NCBI GenBank assembly: GCA_963765895.1
Contig: CAVXZB010000002.1
Location: 1 to 14,171, forward strand
Direction: 5' to 3'
Length of the DNA stretch: 14,171 nucleotides
From: an uncultured Nitrososphaeraceae archaeon
Lineage (GTDB): Archaea; Thermoproteota; Nitrososphaeria; Nitrososphaerales; Nitrososphaeraceae
This document shows, piece after piece, positions 7,365-14,171 of this stretch. The notes beneath the pieces were generated by a model. That model had not been told where the DNA came from and did no database searches. It saw nothing but the letters and a program-made list of their open reading frames with translations. Within the stretch, counting starts at the first letter, position 1; every line of letters begins with the position of its first letter. The position numbers were made by a program, and so were the translations under genes.

Positions 7365-8003
7365 ATGAAAAGAGAATTCATCATATCTATGCCATTCTGT
7401 ATAATATTACTCTTAGTTGTGGGATCAAGCTTACTTCTTTTAAAAGACAGGTTCTTACATGCTCAACTGATTCAAGACAATACTAATGTATCCAGGCAAC
7501 AGCGGCTCGGTACCAATAACATTCTCGGCCTTCCAGATGGCGTAAGTCGAGTATCTACCAATCATAAGAATTCATCGCTGGATGAAGAATTTATACTCCT
7601 AAGAACAATTAATCAACAGAATCTTGCGATATCTAATCCTGATTATGGTCTATCTACTCCCATTTTAACACTTATGCCCGGAGAGAATTTTAACATAAAT
7701 TTAAGTGCTGACTCAGACATAATGTACACGTCAGCGACTATGAAATTGATTCCAATAACTTCTTCTTTTCCTCCAAGTAATATGCGTGTTGAAGAGGTTG
7801 ATCCTAAAAATGATATCTCGCTTGGGAAACCAATCACGATAGGAAGTTATACAGGCAATTCCGGAACCTTTGTCATACCACACACAGCAAGTCCAGGATA
7901 TTATCTTCTATATGTTTACTTTTATTACCCTAATCATAATATTACTGCAATATATAATACTGTAGGACAGTTGAAAGGCAGAGGCGTAGGACCAGGGCCG
8001 TAA
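7365..8003 (+). CDS. Secreted or membrane-anchored hypothetical protein, probably beta-sandwich
   Basis: Intact 212-aa ORF with a hydrophobic N-terminal helix (FCIILLLVVGSSLLLL), several N-x-S/T sequons and a C-terminal F-V-I-P-x4-P-G-Y-Y-L-L-Y-V motif typical of Ig-like strands. Confidence 0.8.
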   Translation: MKREFIISMPFCIILLLVVGSSLLLLKDRFLHAQLIQDNTNVSRQQRLGTNNILGLPDGVSRVSTNHKNSSLDEEFILLRTINQQNLAISNPDYGLSTPILTLMPGENFNINLSADSDIMYTSATMKLIPITSSFPPSNMRVEEVDPKNDISLGKPITIGSYTGNSGTFVIPHTASPGYYLLYVYFYYPNHNITAIYNTVGQLKGRGVGPGP

Positions 8004-8533
8004 TATACTGCACCGGTAATTGTATAACAAACCAAGATTATAATCTCAAAGAATGCAATAGCTGTTAATTCTGTAGCGATTTTTACTATAATTTTCAATT
8101 GATTTTAAATTTTGAATCATTCCACAGAATATATTAATAATAAGATAATAAAGATCATGAAAGAGTAACTGCGAACCATTTATTAATTAATTGCCGACCT
8201 ATCAGAAATTGATACGGTATTATAGGCAACTCAGCATCTGGGATTCGCTATGTCTTCATATATGATATTTTGGTCATCTTTGTTTTTTGCACAAACTCTA
8301 AATATTAAATATTTTTTCAAGATTGCAAAAGCTACTATCCTCCTCAGATAACTGCTCATCTCACAAATTATAGTCGAGGAAAAGTGTTAGTAACAGTTAT
8401 TATTTTTATTATTTGTGGTATGTCTATCTAAATATGAAGATATATGTTATTTGATGAGGAGATTGTTGATAAAAGCTATTCATAATCATTAAATATGCAA
8501 ATCTGATACCTCTGCCAGTGAGGATCCTATCAA

Positions 8534-8757
8534 ATGAATAAATTATATATGTTATTAATAATTGGAGTGTCGACATCAGCCCTAGTGGCACTCGGCTTAT
8601 TGCTGCACGGTGGCTCGACAGATATTCAATCTGTAACACGAAACTTAGAATACGGGAAATCAGTGTATGAGATATAGTGAGAAACAATAATCAATTCTTT
8701 GACGTAATCGTGGATCCGAGCACCGGCAAAGTTGCAAAATTTAATGAGGCTCTCTAG
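8534..8757 (+). pseudogene. PepSY-domain membrane-anchored protein remnant
   Basis: MNKLYMLLIIGVSTSALVALGLLLHGGSTDIQSVTRNLEYGKSVYEI, frameshift near 8673, then VRNNNQFFDVIVDPSTGKVAK. G-x-x-V-Y-E-I ... D-V-x-V-D-P-x-T-G-K-V is the PepSY signature. Confidence 0.7.
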
Positions 8758-8794
8758 TGAACAGTGGGTAGCTCTTATTGACTAACTAAATTTT

Positions 8795-9260
8795 TGAACT
8801 CGATAGTGTCTAAAGGTAGTTAGAAACAGTTCATGGTTTCAGGATTTGGCATATTGTTTTTTTTGCAAGTAACAATATGTGCATAGTATGGAGTCAACTA
8901 GCAGATATAAGAACACCTCCAATAGTTACAACAGATTTTCTGTATATTAGATTCATTGGAGATAGGACAATACAAGAAAAAGATTTTTGGCAAGATACAA
9001 GAAGATAGGATTTCGGAAATGAAAAAATGGGCTAGATTTCTGAAGAGGGCCAGAAGATGAGGAACAAAGGGATAGACTAAACCTAGCAATTGTTAAGCAA
9101 ACAATCATTATGCTGGCTTTGGTCCTGGAACTGCTAATACTTTTAGGAAAATGTTGGATTTGTCCGAAGTGACATGGAATGACATTAAAGTGCCTCAAAC
9201 CGAAGAATGAGTATCTAGTAACACAGTAACACAAAACAAACTAGTCTATCAGACTTCTAA
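8795..9260 (+). pseudogene. DUF72 (YecE family) protein, C-terminal half, frameshifted
   Basis: VRNSSWFQDLAYCFF / ASNNMCIVWSQLADIRTPPIVTTDFLYIRFIGDRTIQEKIFGKIQEDRISEMKKWA... / ANNHYAGFGPGTANTFRKMLDL... / KQTSLSDF*. The R-x-x-S-W, Y-I-R-F-x-G and N-N-H-Y-x-G motifs fit DUF72. Confidence 0.85.
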
Positions 9261-9359
9261 AATAGAGTTTAGGAATGAAGTAGTCAAGCAGTAACAGTAG
9301 AAATCTATGTCACTATGCATCTAACAACTTCGGTTTATACATACGAAAGTTTACTAGTT

Positions 9360-9635
9360 TCAGATTTCTAACATAATTCTACCATCTCTTTCTTTAGCAA
9401 ACAATGCCTGCAATGCCTCTTTTGTTTCATCTAGCCTGAACTTTTTCCATACTCTGATCTTCAGTTCTTCAGACATATCTATGATTTCCCTGAAATCACT
9501 TCTAGTTCCGCCAGTAGATCCTATCAACTTGACTTGTCTTGAATATAATGATTGAACGTTTAACTTAACATCTGCACCCGTTAGTCCTCCAAATGTCACC
9601 AACCTTCCATTCGCACCAACAGATTCAAAGCTACT
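9360..9635 (-). pseudogene. Zn-dependent alcohol dehydrogenase/quinone oxidoreductase (MDR family) C-terminal fragment
   Basis: SSFESVGANGRLVTFGGLTGADVKLNVQSLYSRQVKLIGSTGGTRSDFREII...ERDGRIMLEI*. Similarity stops near 9635; the catalytic N-terminal domain is absent. Confidence 0.8.
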
Positions 9636-9909
9636 AAATGATTGCCTCTGTAAATGTATTCCTCTATAATTTTTTGGTATAGGTCGTATCGCTTGAGTTG
9701 TGCCCTTTTAATTTGCTCTTCATACTATGGGGTCTTTTACCGCTGACAAGACTCCTTTTAAAAATTTGTAAAAACTGGTATCAGACCTTAGTTGTACTAA
9801 TTATTCTGAATAAACATACATAAATAATTGCAAGATGACAACAAGATGTGGAACTAGAAATTTAGAAACTATAACAACATAGGAATGTAGAATACGATCT
9901 TTTTTCTGT

Positions 9910-10269
9910 TTATTCTTTAATTTTCATTTCAAGATATTCCTTCAATACTATTGCATTGTTAAATCTCTCGTCCTTAGCACTATAAAGTAGCGTTATTGAT
10001 CCATCCTTTGTTTTGTCAAGTATAATATTAATTGAATCGCTATTATTATCTAATTCTTTAAAATATCGATGTTTAAATTCATTCCATTTCTTCTCATCAT
10101 GGCTAAACCATTTCCTTAAAGAAGTACTTGGCGCTATATCTTTTTGCCATAGGTCTATTTTTATCCCATCTTTGCTTAAACCACGAGGCCACAGCCTATC
10201 TACTAAAATTCTAAAACCATTGTTATTATTTCCTTTAGGATTATTGTATATTCTTTGAACCCTTATCAA
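9910..10269 (-). CDS. DUF488 (YeaO-like) family protein
   Basis: Intact; motifs RIY, RILVDRLWPRGLSK, W-x-K-D-I-A-P-S-T-S-L-R-K-W-F-S-H and ITLLYSAKDERFNNA. Confidence 0.92.
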   Translation of the reverse strand: MIRVQRIYNNPKGNNNNGFRILVDRLWPRGLSKDGIKIDLWQKDIAPSTSLRKWFSHDEKKWNEFKHRYFKELDNNSDSINIILDKTKDGSITLLYSAKDERFNNAIVLKEYLEMKIKE

Positions 10270-10468
10270 TAGTAAATACGCCTGAGGTAAATAGTTCTAT
10301 TATGTATAAAAAGTATTTTGACACGACATTCTTCATATCCCCATGTTTAAGCAATATCGAGTCAAATAAAAAATTGTTTTCTAGGAACCCCTTTATCTAC
10401 TTGCATGTATTTATATCACTTCAATTTCATTAATAATACACGACATAATAACAAAGATCTAAACTTGA

Positions 10469-11151
10469 GTGATAGATATGGTTGATCTCGAATTAAAGGA
10501 GATAAGCGAAAAAGTAATTTGTTGTAGTTTGCGTCCACGTTTACATTCATATATTAATCAAGTAGGAAAGACCAAAGTAAGAAGATTTATAGCTCAAGAC
10601 TATTGGGCAAGCCTCTTCCTGGTTTTGGAGATCCTAAAGCACGGTTGTTTATAATTGGATTGGCACCTGCCGCTCACGGTGGGAACAGAACTGGTAGGAT
10701 ATTTACAGGAGACAGCTCTGGAGATTGGGTAGCGAGAGCCTTGTTCGAAACAGGCTTTGCAAACAAGTCAACTAGTCTGCATAAGAATGATGCACTTGTA
10801 CTAAATGGGGCATATATGACTGCCGCTGTAAAATGTGCTCCTCCGCAAAATAAACCACTTCACTTGAAGAATTGAACTGTTCACAATACCTCTTGGCAGA
10901 AATGAGAGCATTAGAAGATACTACAAAAGTTATTCTGACCCTTGGAAAGTTTGCCTTTGATGCATATTGTAAACTATTTAAAATTAAGTGGTTGACATTT
11001 AGCCATGGTGCATACTACAGTGTAAAAGGCCAAAAGATTTTGCTGGCTTCTTATCATCCAAGTAGACGAAATACTAGGTACAGGAAAGCTAACATGGAAT
11101 ATGTGGATTGATGTCTTCAAAACAGCGAGAATGATAACAATGACTAAATGA
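10469..11151 (+). pseudogene. udgB: Family-5 uracil-DNA glycosylase (UdgB-like), three frameshifts
   Basis: YW / GKPLPGFGDP, GLAPAAHGGNRTGRIFTGDSSG, AVKCAPPQNKP, SYHPSRRNT / TGKLTWNMWIDVF. Frameshifts at ~10606 (G-run), ~10865 and ~11078. The N-terminal C-x2-C reads CSLR. Confidence 0.88.
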
Positions 11152-11272
11152 TAATGTATGTCTTAAAAGTAAGCCCGCATGCTCTTGGATGGAGATCGAC
11201 ATCAGATTTTGTGCTCAAATGTCAGATTTTTTCTTCGTAAATTATGGTGATCAGATTTTTAGCTTTATCTGT

Positions 11273-11862
11273 TCAGGGATGGACGGATAGAGATTTAGTC
11301 TTGACAGCAAAATCATCAGTTCCATTAGTCAAGGTATCAAATGCAGACGAAAATTTTTTTCCAGTTTCATGCAGCTCATTTATTTGCTCTTTTGAGGCAT
11401 TACTACTTTTGATATTCGTATTTACTCTAAATTGCTGAGCACCAGGCCTTACATCACTGGATATACCAGTAAAACCACGCAAGTCGATATCACCTTCTAC
11501 ATCAATATCAATGCTATCAATTTGGATGCTTCTTGATGTAGCATGAGCTACAATGGTTTGTGTTAAACATGCTGCTAAGCTACCCATACAATACTCACAT
11601 ACAGTAAGGCCTCTTCCTTCCCCTGAGAATTGATTTGGAAAGTCATATTGCATTTTATATTCCGTATCTCTTTCTACATTTTGGCTGCCAACACGGAAGC
11701 CTTTGGAGCTAGATGTAACACTAAAGCCGCCATTCCATTCTGATTTTACAGAAAATGTTGCTTTTGCCATTTCTGGATGACTTTGCATGGCATTATATAC
11801 TGTATTTAGTACCTGCGTATTACTCCGTTAAATACATCGTCGTTTTTCTTATTACTATTCAT
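11273..11862 (-). CDS. OsmC-like protein; N-terminus frameshifted, C-terminus possibly altered
   Basis: MGSLAACLTQTIVAHATSRSIQIDSIDIDVEGDIDLRGFTGISSDVRPG is OsmC-like. Upstream MNSNKKNDDVFNGV (ATG 11862) joins TQVLNTVYNAMQSHP if one A is added near 11820, restoring NGVN. Confidence 0.85.
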
Positions 11863-11958
11863 ATAATTAAAGTATTAAAGGTCTGCAATAAATTTTTGTG
11901 GTAAGAAAGAGACAAGGACCAGCATAAGCCGTCCTGCTCTTCCTATATATACTAGTTA

Positions 11959-12405
11959 TTATAGATTCTTCTTTGACTCATCCTCTTTGTTGATATTGAT
12001 AGAAGACGATCTTGGTTTCTCCTTGGATTTCTCAGACACAAACCTAATAGCATCATCAACTACTGTTGCGTTAGTAAGCAAGTCTAATTTCATTGAATAA
12101 CAGTCTTTAGCCAATGATAATGCCTATATCTTTTTTCTTTTATCCTCTCTATTCTGAGCTATATTCCATGCTTCCTTTGTTATTGCATGTAATCCAACAA
12201 GACATTTTTCTTATTCCTCATGTAATCGTTCATCTATGTATTTTTTGATATTTTGTTTTGCTTGCTGCCTTAGGTAGGAAACATCCTTACTAATTGTAGA
12301 CAGATCCACATGAAGAATTCCTGCTATTTTAGTTTGGGAATTGCCTTTACTTATCATCTCTTACACGTTGGCTCTTCATCATTCGACTTGTGTTCTTGTG
12401 CTCAT
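11959..12405 (-). pseudogene. HTH-domain protein pseudogene (family recalled as multicopy in Nitrososphaeraceae)
   Basis: One frame of 149 codons: MSTRTQVE**RANV*EMISKGNSQTKIAGILHVDLSTISKDVSYLRQQAKQNIKKYIDERLHEE*EKCLVGLHAITKEAW...KI*ALSLAKDCYSMKLDLLTNATVVDDAIRFV. Five in-frame stops and no frameshift. HTH pattern S-Q-x-x-I-A-x-x-L-x-V-x-x-S-T-I-S-x-D. Confidence 0.85.
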
Positions 12406-12545
12406 TTATTGTATTTCTTTACGCTCATTAGATTGTGCACTGTATTTTTCATTGCTTGATATATACTTGAACCAGCATACTTTAATTCGTTCAATAAAGA
12501 CAATGTCATACATCAGGATAAATTATCCCATCCTATCTGGTATTC

Positions 12546-12652
12546 TGTCTTGCCATCTTAGGCAATCCTTGCTAGAGTGTCTATCGGATCCTTGCGTAGG
12601 CAAGACAACGAGATTTAGTTAATTAGTTACAGAGGAAGCTGATGGCAAGACA
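12546..12652. repeat. 107-bp segment bounded by a perfect 12-bp inverted repeat, with internal sub-repeats
   Basis: TGTCTTGCCATC (12546-12557) and GATGGCAAGACA (12641-12652); extra GGCAAGACA at 12599-12607; ATCCTTGC at 12565 and 12588; TAGGCAA at 12559 and 12597. Confidence 0.7.
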
Positions 12653-12790
12653 TTTCATAAATCATATGTAACTACATTGCAATCTTATGGTTGTCATAGA
12701 GTTATCGGTTATCAAGTAAAGGGCAACAGGAGCACTAACAGAATTATTGTTTGTGTTGAATGTGCGGGCCACAAAAAAGAATTGGTATAA
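12623..12790 (+). pseudogene. Possible degenerate zinc-ribbon micro-protein
   Basis: Open frame ...TLQSYGCHRVIGYQVKGNRSTNRIIVCVECAGHKKELV*, i.e. S-x2-C...C-x2-C, where the Ser codon TCT is one base from Cys TGT. No in-frame ATG. Confidence 0.35.
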
Positions 12791-13159
12791 AATTACAGTC
12801 CTAACTCTAATAATTGTGTTATGTACTATCAAAAATCAATAAATGCATAGTACAACTCTGAAATGAGATGCCAAAGTCTCTTGATGTCCTAGTTGACATA
12901 GGTTGATTATATGCTTAAACACTGAATCTCATCATGACTATTATTATTGGATCGGAAGAAGGGAGTTGATTGTCGTTGTTGCAATCTCTGATGTTCACCC
13001 TCAGCTGATATTCTTCATAATTTTTTGTATAATTTATCAAAAACGACGACTTTAAATAAATATTATCAAGTCCTTAATAACAAGTGAAAAGGAATATTAA
13101 CTTAACACAATTGATATTTATACCCAAAAATATTTTAATACCTAGAAAATAAATGATCC

Positions 13160-14051
13160 ATGAAAAACTTGTTTAGGGTGTCAACTTCGTATGTTATATT
13201 ATTTGTAATCTTCTCATCCATACTTGTCGTAACAATAACAAACACATTACAGTCAAATATTATAGCAATTGTAAAACAAGAAAAGAATACCGTGATGAAA
13301 AAAATAACAATTGGTAGCAAATACTACAGATAAAATTCCTACTACTTCTACTACTGCCCAATCAGTGTATCAATCACAATCAATGACAGTGCCACAATCA
13401 GTTGGAACATTTATCTGGTATATAGTAGACGAAGCACATGAAGATGCCGTTAATGAGAGGCACAAATACATTAGTGATCATAATCCTATCTATCTCCCAA
13501 TGAACATGGTAATACAGCAAGGAACAGCTATATCTTTTCTTGATGCTGATGCTCCATGGGACACACCGCATCCTCACACAATAAACATCATGGATAGCTC
13601 CAACAATATTGTCTATACCACAGGTAAATTAGATTACACAAATAGTTCGACAGCGAAAGTCTTGTCAGTAGGACAATATACAATACAGAATCCAAAATAT
13701 CCTTGGATGAAAGGAAACCTATCTGTTGTTTCTAATCCTCAAAAATCAGTTGGAAATCTAATAATGGGTGGCTTTTACACTCCTACTAATCAGGTAGCAA
13801 ATAACAAAGATAATGATGGTGGAATACACCCTGGATGGCTTGGATATTACAAAGAACAATTTCCAAAAAATGGATTTAAAATACTGGATACCTTTAATTT
13901 TCATTATGCTACATGTAAATATTGTCCTGGAGGTTTTTGGCCTGACCAGAAAACAGGGAATCATACACTTATAGTTTATAGTACAAATCAGCCATTGAAG
14001 CAGGCTCTTAACAAGCTTGGAGAATTAGTATGGGAGAATGTTTACATATAA
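13160..14051 (+). CDS. Secreted His/Cys-rich cupredoxin-like protein; signal peptide detached by one frameshift near 13310
   Basis: ATG 13160 gives MKNLFRVSTSYVILFVIFSSILVVTITNTL... (signal or anchor), out of frame by one base with the 246-aa ORF. The body has Y-L-P-x-N-x-V-I-x-x-G-T-x-I-x-F-x-D-x-D...P-H-T-I ... G-x-Y ... P-W-M-K-G-x-L-x-V (cupredoxin-like) and HYATCKYC. Confidence 0.75.
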
Positions 14052-14171
14052 TTAAAACTCTCTCTAGGCTAGACATAAATAGATAACAATTTTTCATGAT
14101 TACTATATAATGTGATTTGATCTAGTTTACCTTGTAAATACATTAAAACATATTGAAGATATATTCACTAG

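Noticed and set aside
8424-9234. Minus-strand ORFs 8424-8687, 8898-9089 and 8953-9234
   Set aside because: Shadows of the + strand PepSY and DUF72 remnants.
11170-11195. AAGCCCGCATGCTCTTGGATGGAG as an IS200/IS605 end
   Set aside because: No convincing subterminal hairpin and no tnpA or tnpB nearby.
6100-12764. Shared words between the island and 12540-12790 (TGTGTTGAATGTG encoding CVEC; AACGAGATTT; GGCAAGAC)
   Set aside because: Matches are 8-13 bp, not collinear, and explainable by chance or a shared CxxC motif.
522-13964. Short ORFs 522-707, 2250-2480, 2477-2692, 5042-5248, 7643-7837, 10013-10258, 11244-11438, 12341-12622, 13135-13320, 13758-13964
   Set aside because: Each is antisense to or overlaps a better-supported gene and has no recognisable motif.

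Overview
AT-rich archaeal-looking window. The gene families (multicopy HTH family, small C2H2 proteins, secreted cupredoxin-like proteins, PAC2) suggest a soil ammonia-oxidising archaeon (Nitrososphaeraceae); this is an inference from family recognition, not a database result. Much of the window is broken genes, many invisible in the ORF track: cupredoxin-like, CBS, PAC2, Hsp20, PepSY, DUF72, Zn-dependent ADH, HTH and zinc-ribbon remnants. Four near-complete genes are split mainly by single-base indels and may partly reflect sequencing error: a fused family-I CoA-transferase, family-5 uracil-DNA glycosylase, an OsmC-like protein and a His-rich secreted cupredoxin-like protein. DUF488, a C2H2 protein and two hypotheticals look intact. 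The most unusual part is a compact island at ~5546-7186. It has a hairpin-rich leader and tightly coupled micro-ORFs with GGAGG-like ribosome-binding motifs, three of them zinc-finger-like. It also has a tandemly duplicated two-gene module whose copies share a perfect 43-bp core inside otherwise diverged genes. It looks like a virus/plasmid-derived accessory cassette, but no integrase, Rep or capsid gene is visible. No rRNA, tRNA or CRISPR array was found.
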